Positions 25,463-39,450 of a stretch of 64,000 bases of DNA are shown here, in pieces. The first letter of the stretch is position 1. Every line of letters starts with the position of its first letter. A program made the position numbers and the translations under genes. Under the pieces are notes generated by a model, which did not search any database, was not told the DNA's origin, and was given only the letters and a program-made list of their open reading frames with translations. Origin of the DNA: Octopus bimaculoides (Eukaryota). The stretch spans positions 7,993,087-8,057,086 of the forward strand of contig NC_069000.1 of NCBI RefSeq assembly GCF_001194135.2. The letters are read 5' to 3'.

Positions 25463-27379
25463 TATGTACACACACACATGTATATATATACATATCTTTG
25501 TCACAAAACGTTGTTTGTAACAAAATATGACGAGTGCATTGTTACGAAACATGATGGTGTGTCACATTACATGAAGGCAACCCTGTCACAAATATAAATA
25601 CAATTTCATTCAAATTGCAATATCATGTAACTCTTTTGCAAGTAAGTCCATCTTACTCATGGATAAAAGAGAAAGCAAGTGTTCTGAAGCAGTAAGCTGT
25701 CATAGTTAAATACAACACACAACATCATTATACATGAAGCAGATACGTTGGAGCATAGAAAATTGCAGGGTTATACATGAAGTAGGCACAGTCAAATAAA
25801 AAGCTTACATGGTTAAATATATAGAGAAAACATTGTGAAAGATGAAGCAGAATATTGTATAAATGAGGGTAGCATATAAATGTTATAGAACAAAATCAGT
25901 TAAGCACTGAAAAGGAGCTGAACATGGGTAAACATTGACAGTAGAAAGGGGTTGGGGGAATGATGATAAAAAAAACATGTGGCAGAACATGGAAGAGCAG
26001 TTACACTTTAGCAACAATCTAAACATGGACAAATTGAAGTATGATATTGTTAGTCACGGATAGAGTTGTGAGTAAACATGGAACAGACAATTAGCAGATT
26101 TAGTGGAGAACGTAGTTGGATGCGTAGAAGCATAGAGAAGAAGCAAGTTTGACATGATGGAACATGATGCAGGTCTAGTAACATGTAGACCAAATAGCGA
26201 AGTATGTAAGTTAGGATTAAACATGATAGACAGAGATGGATAATAAAGGAGCAGGTATCTTTATACATGATCCAGAGATGATTAATAATTAAAGAGGAAG
26301 CAGGCATTTTTACACATGCAGCAGAGATGGTTTATAAGTAATAAAAGAACAGATATGTTTTATACATGTGGCAGAGATGGTTAAAGATTGTTATATGAAT
26401 ATGGAACTTATTTGATGTGACAAGGAGAAAAGATGGTTAAAGATATCTCAAGCTCTCTGTCCAGAGTTAGGACAAAACACTACAATAAGTTGGGATTGAA
26501 AGGTCCACAGCTAAAGCCCAAAGGAATTCATATGAAGCAGACATTTTATTATGTAAGGTCCCACGTGAACCTATGTTATAGCAAGGAAGCAGTTCCTTCT
26601 TCCTTTGTTACTTAAGATACCATCAACAACAAAAGCTGTTGATTCTGGTTTTCCAGTATTGCTGCAGCCTATTGGCTGGAACTATTTATAGGGTAAGAAC
26701 ATGGACAAGACAGAGTTAAAAGGGGAGAAAATACAATGTAAATAAACAAGCTTGAACACAACAGGCCATATTAAACAGAGCAGCAGGGTGGTAGCATCAG
26801 ACATGGAACAGGTAGGGTGAAATATGGAGTCATGATGTGAAACATGGAGCAATGAGGTGAGACAGGAAGCAAGGAGGCTGAACATGTAGCAAGGAAGTTA
26901 AATATGGGACTGTTGATGGTTGATGAAATGATTTGTATAGGACAAACATAAAGCATACATGTTAACATATGAAGATGATGAAGGGCCAAAGTACATGCTT
27001 GTGGAGTTGAGCATGCATGTAGCACAGCAGAGAGCATGCAGATTTGATAAAACATGTAGCAATTGTTGATGAATCAGTGACTAGACATTGCAATGGAATA
27101 TAGAGTAGGGATTCTCAAACATGGCAGCTATAAACATGGAGCAATATATTGAAACAATGACGGAAACCAAATGAGTTCTTTAGAGAGTTACTACCCTTGC
27201 TATAGAGCTTGTTTTGGAAACAGTAAATAATCAAAAATCTCAAAATAACTCAACAAAAGTAGAAAAAAGAAACAATGAAACAACAAAAATGAATGAAAAA
27301 TAAGAAACTGCTGGGTCTATGGGATACACTGAGGGGTAACGTGGTGATAGGATACAATGTGGGGGTTAACATGTGGAGG

Positions 27380-27935
27380 AAGCAGGGTGTTGGTGGTGGT
27401 GGTGGTGGTGATACAGTGAACAACAGATGAAGTGGTGGTTGTGGTGGTGATGCTGAGTGGTTGTTGAGGTGGTGACAATAGTGATAGTGGTGATGGTTAT
27501 TGAGGTGGTGGTGGTGGTGGTGGTGGTGGTGGTAGTGGTGTGGTGGTTGTTGCTATGGCAGTGGTATGTGTCTGATGAGGTAGTGGTGGTTGTTGCTATG
27601 GCAGGAGTATATGTCTGTTGAGGTAGTGGTAGTAGTTGAGATGGTGGCAGTAGTGGTAGTGGTGGTGGTGATGGTGATTGTTGAGGTGGTGGTGATGTGA
27701 TGGTTGTTGTGACTGGTGGTATATGACTGTTGAGGCGGTGAAGTGATGGTGGATATAGTTGAAGTTGTGGTGGTGGCGATAGTGGTGGCAATGATGGTTG
27801 TGGTGATACTGATGATGGTGGTGGTGATGACAGTGATGGTGGTAGTGGCGGCATTGACAGTGATGATAATAGTGGGTGGTGGAGGTGGTAGAGGTGGTGG
27901 CAGTGGTAGAGGTGGTGGTGATGGCGGTGGTAGGT
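27380..27935 (+). repeat. (GGT)n-rich low-complexity tract
   Basis: Read directly; source of the Pro/Thr/His-rich pseudo-ORFs. Confidence 0.9.
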
Positions 27936-28044
27936 GAAGTGTAGTTGGCATTGTGGTAATAAATGGAAACATGGATCATCAGGATGACTGGATAATTAAC
28001 AATATGGAGGGAAAAAAGCATATTGATGAGAGGGAGATAGATAA

Positions 28045-28172
<128 letters not shown>

Positions 28173-28915
28173 AGAGAAAAAGAAAGAGAGAGTGAAGGAG
28201 TTTAGGGATATACATTTGTGACCCTGCCTAATCATTTGTGATCCCTCTTTAGTCAAAAGATCATACTTGCCTCATTTCTTCCCACAGAACATCTGTACAT
28301 CTTTCACATTAAATTCCTCATGTCACACTAACATGTAGCATTATACAACTTTCACCATATTTTCCTGCATACAACTCAACAAAGTATATAGCGTAAGCAT
28401 CGTTCAATCATCATCATCATCATCATCGTTTGGTGTCCACCTTCCATGGCATTAGTAAGGGCATCCAGCTGTAGAAACTTTGCCAGATCAGATTGAGCCT
28501 GGTGCAGCCTTCTGGCTCATCAGCCCTCAGTCAAACCGTCCAACCCATGCCAGCATGGAAAGCAGAGGTTAAACAACGATGATGGTGACGATGATGAAAG
28601 TTTTGGTCTGAAAATTTGGAAACATGGTATATATATCTTTTTATTGAGAAGTGTTTATGTTGTGTGTGTATGTGTATATATGTAAATATGTGTGTGTGTA
28701 TATATGTATATGTATGTGAGTGTCCTGAGTTATGGACATATATGCATGTGTGCTGGTAGTGTTCTTTGGGTCTGTGTGTGTTATTCTTTCAGTATGAGTG
28801 TATATGCTGTGTGTTTGTGTATATGTGCAATATATACTCAATGAAATTCAAATACAAGCACACAGATATGCATTTATGATGCATATACTAACACTGAAAA
28901 AATACAAAGACATGT

Positions 28916-28999
<84 letters not shown>

Positions 29000-29928
29000 A
29001 CACACACACACACACAGGCTCTAATTGCTTATGGACATATGCACATACTGATGCTTAAACTCTCAGCTTATAGTTTCTTTCCTTGTTGTCTTTGTATGTA
29101 AGAAACCTCTTTCCTTCCTATCTTCTGGTTATTTCTAACATGGCTTGAAGTAGACTAAGACATATTTCTCTTTTGTTCCCATTATTTTAGGTTCTTCTGT
29201 ACTTTTTCATTGAACTGCGTTTCTAAAGAAGAGGTTAAGCTTGAAATACCAAAACAGGCATTTCTAATTTTATTTGTTGAGTATGAACCATATATCTCTA
29301 TTTCTTTGTTTTTCATATTGTTCTTTCAATCATTAATTCTGCCACTTTGTCCACATTCTCACATTCTCAGGTTAATAATTTTACTTCTATACCATGGTGG
29401 GTTTTAGTCTCACTCTTGAATTCCTACCATTGGATTTTACTCTGCTGCTCAAAACACTCATGAATTACTTCCGGATTGTACAATGGTACAATCTTGGTAC
29501 AATGTTCTTCCTGAACAAATACATCACACAATCACATACATATATTTCTTCTATACAGACAGATAGAGCTAGAGAGAGGAAAGAAAGAGAAAGATAGGGA
29601 TAAATACTAACAGCGAAGGATAGAGAAAGAGAGAGAAAGAGAGAGACTGAGGTACAGGGAGGATACAAACACAAATCATGAGGAAGGACCACCAGAAAAT
29701 AATGAATGATTTACCCCTGGGTTAACATTGGCCGTTTGGGGTAACAGGCGCCGGCTCCACTGAAATTGGAAAATATATTTACACACATGTATGTATATAT
29801 ATATATAGATATATATATAGGGTGGGTGTGAGACAGTAGTAGTGTTGAGGGGCTGGTGAAGAGTGAGGTGGTGGAGAGGGGGTTGAGTGAGGTAGAGCAT
29901 GGGTGAAAAATGAGTGAGTGAATGATTA

Positions 29929-29960
<32 letters not shown>

Positions 29961-30299
29961 GGAGAGAGAGAGAAAAAGATATTTATATATATATGTATAT
30001 ANNNNNNNNNNNNNNNNNNNNNNNNNNNNNNNNNNNNNNNNNNNNNNNNNNNNNNNNNNNNNNNNNNNNNNNNNNNNNNNNNNNNNNNNNNNNNNNNNNN
30101 NNNNNNNNNNNNNNNNNNNNNNNNNNNNNNNNNNNNNNNNNNNNNNNNNNNNNNNNNNNNNNNNNNNNNNNNNNNNNNNNNNNNNNNNNNNNNNNNNNNN
30201 NNNNNNNNNNNNNNNNNNNNNNNNNNNNNTATATATATAAAGAGAGTGAGAGAGAGGGAGAGAGAGAGACTGAGAAAAAGAAGATTTAATAAGATTTAG

Positions 30300-30640
30300 C
30301 TAAATCCTTTTTTAGTCAAGTTTTGTGGTATCATGGTCCATTCAAGTAGGGAGTTCTTGTTAAGTGAATTGTATCCAGGTATAGGTGGCTTATCTTGGAT
30401 TCCTTGAATAAATTTGTCCAGATTCCATTTAAAAGTGATGGGGTCCTTTTTCTCTTTGATCTGTTCCGAGACAATGTTAAAAAGGGCAGGGCCTGTTGAG
30501 GGAAAGAAATTGTGCTGCAGTGTATTTATGTGTTGTGATTCTGAATTGGGTAGGAGACGTATAGCACATGGTCTAAGCCTTGGATGAATTTTGAAACTAA
30601 TATTGAGGTCGTTTGGGCAATGCTGGTGGTATATTCTCCA
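30300..30640 (-). mobile_element. 3' end of a non-LTR retrotransposon ORF2 (CR1/L2-like clade)
   Basis: ORF 30296..30643: NFF...GPALFNIV...FKWNLDKFIQGIQDKPPIPGY...NSLLEW, the typical C-terminal GPxLFNxLP...FKxxLDKFL...PDxP..PGY...NSL pattern. Confidence 0.7.
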
Positions 30641-30824
30641 CATTGTGCAAATGATGTATTGCTCATGGTGATGGGCTTCTTTCAGTTTCTATCTACCAAA
30701 TCCACTCTTTGGCTGGCTCAAGGCTATAGTAGAAGACACTTGCCCAAAGTATCATGCAGTGAAACTGAACCCAGAACCATGTGGTTGGGAAGCAAGCTTC
30801 TTACCACACAGCCACTCCTGTGCC

Positions 30825-30909
<85 letters not shown>

Positions 30910-31798
30910 ATAAATAAATTGATAATTAGATAAATAAATAGAAAGGAAGAAAGGAAGGAAGGAAGGAAAAAAGAAAGAATAATAGAAAGAAAGAATGATA
31001 GAAAGAAAGAATGAAAGAAAGAAAGAAACAAAAAATGATTGATTCCAAAATAGATAAATGGTTGCATGAATAAATAGATGCATGAATAGGTAGCTAGAAA
31101 GATAGATAGATAGATAAAAATATTGAGGCATGAATTGATAGACAGACAGATGAACAGATTTCTCTGTTGATAAATTGATGCAGGAATAGATAGGTAGATA
31201 GATAAAAAGAAAGAGACATGAATTGATAGATAGACAAACGGATATATAGACAAGTTGGTTATGTAGTTAAATAGAAGTATGAATAGATATATAGATAAAT
31301 GGATCAATAGATAAAAAGATTGAAGTATGAATTGATAGATGGACAGACAGATAGATAGATTTGTATGTAGATAAATAGATGCATAAATAGGCGTATTTTA
31401 GAAACAAAACCAAAACCAAAAGACGTTAAAGGAAAAGGAACATTCATTAGACTAGAAGGGAATTGCTGTAATATCAAAGTTATAGAATAACGAGATAATC
31501 TGATAGAAATGTGATATTCAGTATCAATAATGGATAAAGGATTATTAGTCATGCAATGGTGACATCAAACATGGAACATGTCTGTAAAAACATCAACTGA
31601 GCTAGCTGAAAAGAATTGAAGATTTCAGGCATTTATTATAACAATATTTGATGACTGTCATGTCGTGTTGGCATTGATCAAAACATACATCTTCTTGTTC
31701 AGAGATTTCTTAAGAAATGAAATTTCATAACTTGCATGAAAGTGTAAAAATATACATAATGTTACTTCAATTTTTGATGAATACGTTATATACATACA

Positions 31799-31832
<34 letters not shown>

Positions 31833-31835
31833 CAT

Positions 31836-31898
<63 letters not shown>

Positions 31899-32110
31899 NN
31901 NNNNNNNNNNNNNNNNNNNNNNNNNNNNNNNNNNNNNNNNNNNNNNNNNNNNNNNNNNNNNNNNNNNNNNNNNNNNNNNNNNNNNNNNNNNNNNNNNNNN
32001 NNNNNNNNNNNNNNNNNNNNNNNNNNNNNNNNNNNNNNNNNNNNNNNNNNNNNNNNNNNNNNNNNNNNNNNNNNNNNNNNNNNNNNNNNNNNNNNNNNNN
32101 NNNNNNNNNN

Positions 32111-32163
<53 letters not shown>

Positions 32164-32567
32164 TATTTATATATATATAGTGATAGATATATGAAGAGCA
32201 AGAGAGGGAAAAATGGAGAGAGAGAGAAGGAAAGAGAGAGAGAAGAAAAGAGAGAGAGCGAGAGAAGAGGACAGTAGTGGTCTATAATGCAATGAATAAT
32301 CATCAAAGTCATTTAACGAATGACTCATTTCTCTGGACACCAGTTTGATAGAAATGGTGTGTATATGAGAATAACATTGATATCTATGTGTCTATATATA
32401 TATATATATATGCTAAATGAAATGGAGGAATGAGGTGTGGTTGTCCAACCATGGCAAACACTGAATAAGAACTGGCTTGAACTGTGGTGACCTGTCCAAC
32501 CTATGCATAGACGGAAAATGGAGTTAAACTAATGATGATGGTGACGATAACTAACTAACTATCTATG

Positions 32568-32630
<63 letters not shown>

Positions 32631-32858
32631 TTGTCTGTCTGTCTCTGTGTGTGTGTATGTGTATGTGTATGTGTGTATGTGTATGTGTGTGTGTGTGACT
32701 GTCATTCTGTGTCTATCTATCTATCTATCTGTCTGTCTGTTTGTCTGTCTTCCTACCTGCCTGTCTTTCTGTCCGCATATCTATATTCACACATAACAGT
32801 ACCTGTATGTATGTAGTTGTGTGTGTGTATGTGTGTTGTGAGCCACTGAAAAACCTAT

Positions 32859-32907
32859 GCTGTTTTGCTGATGAGGTATCTTAAGGTTGAAACATGCTCA
32901 GATCAGT
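32859..32907 (+). ncRNA. Degenerate minimal type I hammerhead-ribozyme-like motif
   Basis: GCTGTTTTG-CTGATGA-ggtatcttaaggtt-GAAA-CATG-CT-CAGATCAGT; 8 of 9 stem I positions pair; U16.1 is C. Confidence 0.4.
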
Positions 32908-33123
32908 CCCTATAGCTACCAAAGTTCACACTTCTTCCACCCTCATCCCTACTTCATTGAAACTTCATTTTTGGTACACTGAAGCTTGGGTTACACTCTC
33001 TCTAGTATAGTAGCCTGCATTTAGCACTCTGTGAGTGTATGTATGAGTGTGCTTGAGGGAGCATGTGTGTGTGTGTGTGTGCGTGCATGTGATTTAGGGT
33101 TAGGGTTAGGGTGTGTGTGTGTG

Positions 33124-33163
<40 letters not shown>

Positions 33164-33286
33164 TACATACATATACACATACTCACACATGCACATACAC
33201 ACACATATTCATACATATATATATTATCATCATCATCATCGTCGTTTAATGATGATGATGATGATGATATATATATATATATTTAT

Positions 33287-33339
<53 letters not shown>

Positions 33340-33914
33340 GAGGTAGATACAGATAGATAGATAGATCAATACAAAGTTGTAATTGTGTCTTTGTTTTCAG
33401 TATAGCAATGTGTCTGTGTACCTGTGTCCCCATCTACAACTTGCTCACGTTCATTCTCTGACTCACTATTAAACCTCAGTGATGGTAACAAAACTTTCAG
33501 TGTCCTCATTATCAAACCCATAATTACTAACTAAGCCGTTTATCCTCCCCCATACATGTGTATCTGCTTCATATTTGTCAGTTCAGTCTAGCAGACATTA
33601 TTGATCATTTAAGGTCAGGTGTACTTTGTTGTTGGTTCTGCTCCACACTTGCTGACTTCACTCGATTCAATCAGTCTTTGCCATAAAGAATGTCTGTCTT
33701 CAAGGTAAATGCTTCATTTAACCATGATACTATATATTTTAGTTGGATAAACTTGGAGGATGTCATTATTATTATAGCTGGAATGGCTGTCCTTTGTTTT
33801 ACTGTCTTGTAGAAATAAGTCGTGGTAAAATGATGGTTGAAGGTGTATAGAACATCTGTAGAGGACACAGGACAGATACTGCAAGTGGATATTGACTGCA
33901 CATATAGACATTAT

Positions 33915-34230
33915 ATGTAAGCTTTGACAGAATACTTACAGTGTGTAGAAGTTGACAGAGTAGATTCAGTGTGTCGGTGTTCACAGGGGTTAGGTATAGA
34001 GTGTAGATATTGACAGAGTGCCAAATACAAGGTGTAGATGTTGACAGGGGAGATACAGTGTGTAGATATTGACAGTAGGTACAGTGTCAGTGTTGACGGA
34101 ATAGACACAGCATATAGATGTTGACAGAGCAGATAGTGTGTAAATGTTGACAGAGTAGATATAGTGTGTTGGTGTTGACAGGTTGATACAGTGTATAGAT
34201 GTTTAATGGGTACATACTGCATGTAGATGT
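33915..34230 (+). repeat. Degenerate minisatellite with core ACAGTGTGTAGATGTTGACAG
   Basis: About ten recurrences of TTGACAG at short, roughly regular spacing. Confidence 0.75.
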
Positions 34231-34241
34231 TAGGTAGATAA

Positions 34242-34277
<36 letters not shown>

Positions 34278-34289
34278 GTTACCATTTTA

Positions 34290-34735
34290 ATTGAAATGTC
34301 ATCAAGTCATCATTTGTAGTCAAAAGGTCATTTAGATACTATTTTTAGTTGAAATGTAACCAAGTCAACATTGGAAATTGAAAGGTCATTATGTCACTAG
34401 ACCAGTATTGGCGTTGAAAGGTCACAAAGTCGCCATGGGTTGTTGGGATATCAGTAGGCCACTGTTGGAATTTGAAAGGTCACTAGGTCACCAATGTGTG
34501 TTGAAAGGTCACTAAGTTACCAATGCTTGTTGAAAGGTCACTAGGTCAGTATAAGTAGCTGAAAGGTCACTAGGTCAGTAGTGGTAGCTGAAAGGTCATT
34601 AGGTCACCATTTCAGTTCACCTTGATAGTCGAAATGTTACCAAGTCACCATTAGTAGTTGAAATGTCAATTGGTCAGTATTGACAGTGGAAAGGTCATAA
34701 GGTCATTATTGGAAGTTCAAAAGTCAGTGGGTCAC
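34290..34735 (+). repeat. 29-bp minisatellite (~15 units) with core GAAAGGTCACTAGGTCA
   Basis: First half-sites at 34296, 34325, 34354, 34383, 34419, 34448, 34477, 34506, 34535, 34564, 34593, 34634, 34663, 34692 and 34721. Confidence 0.9.
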
Positions 34736-34764
34736 TGACACCGTTGTAATCTTTTTTATCTTTT

Positions 34765-34952
34765 ATATTTTACCCGTTTCAGTTATTAGATGGCCATGCT
34801 GGGGCACTTCCTTGAATTGTTAGTCGAATGAATCAACCCCAGCACTTATTTTTTAAGCCTGGTACTTATTCTATTGGTCTCTTTTGCTGAACTGCTAAGT
34901 TACAAGGACGTAAACACACCAACACCGGTTGTCAAGTGGTAATGGGGGACAA

Positions 34953-34991
<39 letters not shown>

Positions 34992-35190
34992 CATATATAA
35001 ATATATATATATACATATATATATATATGATGGGCTTCTTTCAGCTTCCGTTTACCAAATCCCCTCACAAGGCTTTGGTTGGCCCGAGGCTATAGCAGAA
35101 GACACTTGCCCAAGGTACCATGCAGTGGCACTGAACCTGGAACCATGTGGTTGGTAAGCAAGATACTTACCACACAGCCACTCCTGTGCC
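34765..35190 (-). mobile_element. Near full-length family A SINE
   Basis: Head AGGAGTGGCTGTGTGGTAAG...GGTTCAGTGCC...TTGGGCAAGTGTCTT, with an internal CA/TA tract. Confidence 0.75.
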
Positions 35191-37154
35191 TATGTGTATG
35201 TTAATGTGAAGTCACTACCAACTGGTTACAATGCTGAGTGCAAGTTGGATTAGAACTGATGTCACAGAGTCATTCTATTTGAAATGTAGGGTCACTTCAT
35301 ATCCAGAAATACGAATGGAGGAGAGTAACAGTCCCAGAGTCTAAATGTATTGTGGCAGTGTCTTAAATGTGAACAATGAGTTTGGGGAGTAACACAACAC
35401 ATTAAACGTGTGTGCACATGCGTGTTTGTGTTGTGCCAGGGAGTAAAAACCATCTGTTTTATTGTATGATGATAAGGGAAACTTGGGATGTACTTTTGTA
35501 CAAGACATTGAAACAGCTCCTACTATTCTTGGCAGTTCGTTTATTTAAACATAACTGAAGGTGAACAGTTAAGCTCTTACGTATGTTAGGGATTTCAAAG
35601 TATGCTAAGACCAATAATCAGAACTTCAATTATGTAAATAGAAATAAGCAAAGGGACATAACTCAAGTGGGCCACTGGCAAGAATTTTGATGAAGATTTT
35701 ATAGATTGACGCTCTGATTTCTGGATACAAACATTCTGTAACTGAAAGCATCCAACAAATCCAAGTAGTAGTTGATAGCAACTCTCAAATAAAAGGGGAG
35801 ATTATTTCAGAAAAATTAGGGAATTAATTTCTCAGGATTTGTTTATGTACTTAGAGAAAGGAGTGTTTGGTCTTTGTTTACATGTTTGGAGGAAGAAGAG
35901 TCCAATCTTTGTTTACAGGCCAATATAAGATGAATTAGATTTCCAGGCCTTTCTGTCATAACACTTCAAACTCAATATGTCACATTTTCAACATCCAATC
36001 ACAATTTTGGCAATTGGCCCAAATTCCACAAACTACGAGTCAGTCATATTGTCTGCTCTTTCCTCTCCACCTCCTACCACGACCACCACCACTAACACTA
36101 TCACACCTCCTCCTCCTCCTTGTCCTCCTCCTTGTCCTCCTCCTTGTCCTCCTCTTTGTCCTCCTCCTTGTCCTCCTCCTTGTCCTCCTCCTTGTCCTCC
36201 TCCTTGTCCTCCTCCTTGTCCTCCTTCTTCTTTTTCTTCCTCCATCACCTCCTCCTCCTTGTTCTTCTTACTCCTTTTCCTCCTACACCGTCCTCCTTCT
36301 CTTCTTTCACCCCTTCTTCCATCACCTCCTCCTCANNNNNNNNNNNNNNNNNNNNNNNNNNNNNNNNNNNNNNNNNNNNNNNNNNNNNNNNNNNNNNCCT
36401 CCCTCCGCAACCCCCATCTTTCTCTGTCATCTTCCTCCTCAACCCTCCTCCTCAACCCTCTTCCCACCCTCCCCTCCCACCTCCCTTCTCTTTTCACCAA
36501 AATTTCTTTCAGCTATATGATTTATCATTTCCAGTTGTTGTTGTTGCTGTTGTCACCTTACAACACAAATACATCAAGTAACCCCACCAACCACCACCAT
36601 GCCTATACATCTACAAAGATTACAACTACAACAGCAACAATTGCAACCACAACCGCCACCCTTATCACAACAAAACAACAATCACTACCACTACAACTAA
36701 TACCACCACCACTATATTTTGGAGAGAGATGCAGCTCCTCAATTTGTAGTCATGGCAACATGTTTAGGTTGTTGGGGGCTCTCTAAACAAACCCATAGCA
36801 CTTATTAAGATCTCTGATCCTTGTTGCACTAAAGAGACAGGGGTCTATGTGATCTGACTTGAAGGTGATGCATTTAGGACAACAGTGACATTGAATAAAA
36901 GCTGAAAGACTGTAGAGGAGATGGGGCCAATGACACTGTCAAAGACACCCAGGCCATGCTGTTGAGGGGTCAGTGATAGGATGGTCGGTCACCCAGCAAA
37001 ACAACACAAAACAAAACAAAACAAAAAAAAACATGTTGCCCATAGGATGTTGAAGCTTACGAAGATGACAAGGGGCAACAATAAATGGTGAAGCACTGTG
37101 TTGGAGGAGACCCCTGCCCAACCCTTGCAAACATGGAAAAAGAATGGATGTAAA

Positions 37155-37190
<36 letters not shown>

Positions 37191-38089
37191 GTGTTTGATA
37201 TGTATGTGTATATGTGAGTTTGTATGTGAGGTATGCATGTATGTGTGTTTGTATGTTTGTGTGCGTATGTATATGTCTATTTGTGTTAGTATGTATGTGT
37301 GAGTATGTATGTGTGTTGTACGCATGCATGTGTGTATGAATGTGTACATACATATGTGTGTTTGTGCATAAGTGTATGTATTTGGGTGTTTATGTGTGTG
37401 TGCATTTATGTGTATGTATGCAAGTGTGTGCATTATGCACGAGTATGTGCATATATGTGCACACATATATATATGTGAATGTACATGTGCATATGTGTGA
37501 ATGCGTATGTGTGTGTATGCTTGTGCATATGTATATATGTGTGTATATATATGTGTGTGTGCATGTGTAAAGCCTTGTCGATTGAAAGAGGTTTCTCTTC
37601 TCCCCACCCCTGACACGAAGTTCCCCCATCCCAACCCTGGCCCTGAAGGTTGTAAGCAAGGTTTGAAAGGAAGGAGTGATGCTACACCGTATGGGTGGAT
37701 GGGTGGATGGTTGAATGTTTTAGTAAGCAATAGGGACGGCGGTTGTACAGTGGGTAGAATTGAACACAATGATGGATGAAGAGGAGGCAGAATGGGGATT
37801 GATGAGTAGCTGGGCAGGTAGCGGTATATAAACAAAATGTAAAGTTTACCATTTGGCCTCTATAGGCATAAACAGACATGAAACGTCGTTCCCACTGAAA
37901 GATGAAGGAAAATGGTTAGAATAGAATGAGAGGCTGAAGAGGAGGAAGAGCCAAGGACGTGTTGAAAGGGTGAGGTGAGAGGTGGTAGGATGACTAAATG
38001 TGACATGAGAAAGAAACAGATCAAGAGGTAGGTATGAGAGATCTAGTTATTATAGATTGTTACATGGGTGTGTATGTATATCTATATAT

Positions 38090-38136
<47 letters not shown>

Positions 38137-38764
38137 TAGATTAGTATATAAAAAACTAATAGTAGTTTAAGTAAAAGAGAACTGAATCAGACATGAGCTA
38201 GGCGGATGAAATGATAAATACTTGATAGTTCAGAGCAATTGATATGAGTTTTGAAGCCCACAATGATATTCTCTCTAAAGAGATCAACATGTTATTGTCA
38301 CAGATTTTTGTTATCTTGGCTATAACATGGTAGACAGAAAAAAGGGTTTTAGACAAAGACATAAGCTAATACAGAAAATGGTACGAAACTTTGTATGGAA
38401 TTAAGTAATCAGTGCTGTTTGTAGTGATACAGTTCTAGTATAAAGTAGGGTGGTGTGAATAATAACAGAGATAGTTTTTGTTGTATAGTAGGGAAACAAT
38501 GAGCAATAACAATAACATTAGTAGATGAAATACTGGACATTGCCTTCTTTGCAATTGGAATATATATCCAATAAAGAATGCTAATCATTGGCTAATCCAT
38601 ATGAGTACAAACTTTCTCAGCCAATAACATATTACATTAATCCCATGGCAAGGCCACCATCACTTCTAACTTTGCATGATACAACAAAGCACACACACAC
38701 ACACACATCTACAAAATTCCCCATTTTCATCCCTCACCCTGTAACTGTTAAAAGCACACTAACA

Positions 38765-39165
38765 GTCCACTGAATGGATCCTGCCACTCAAAAGCTGTGG
38801 TTTATAAAGCCACCCTTACATCAGTCAACTGCATCTCAAGAGAGTGTACAGGCCTAACAGCCAATGCATTCAAAGATAGATATACACAACACATGCACTC
38901 CTCCAGGTGCAAAGACAAGGAAAAATTTACCTCTCTATCCTGCTTTGCCTGGAGACTCTGGGTGCAAGGGAACAACTTCTTCAACATCACATAGGGCATC
39001 TGATAGAGACCCCCACTTACTCATTTGGAGCTTGTAATTGCCCTCTTTGTCCCCACAAGAAACTGCATAAATTACAATGGCCTGAAGCACTGATCAACAA
39101 AAAAAACAGTATATTATATTGTTGCCATCAAAGAATCACTCTGTTAATGTGTGTTAAGCCACTGA
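38765..39165 (+). mobile_element. Penelope-like element GIY-YIG endonuclease remnant (frameshifted)
   Basis: PLNGSCHSKAVVYKATLT...TGLTANAFKDRYTQHMHS...TSLSCFAWRL, then in another frame PTYSFGACNCPLC...LINKKNSILYCCHQ. Confidence 0.72.
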
Positions 39166-39400
39166 TCCTTATTACTCAAGAAAGACTACTTTAAACCAAG
39201 TTGGTCCATATTTAAATGTAGTATAGCACAACCCATGCCTTGTCAAGGAATTTATTCCCTCTCCATTGACCCACTAGTGTGTTTATGTATCCTTACTGAA
39301 ACCCTGCAATAAATACATCGAATACAGTTACCTGACAAAGTAGACACACATTTCCTTTTGATGTCACTGAAACACTAATGAGAACATGCTGCTGCTGCTG

Positions 39401-39450
<50 letters not shown>

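Noticed and set aside
33094-33111. (TTAGGG)3 telomere-like repeat
   Set aside because: Only three units within a TG tract; too short to call an interstitial telomere.
35977-36330. (PPPC)n ORF resembling a Cys/Pro-rich protein
   Set aside because: It is a CCTCCTCCTTGT 12-bp microsatellite derivative running into a gap, with no splice or homology support.
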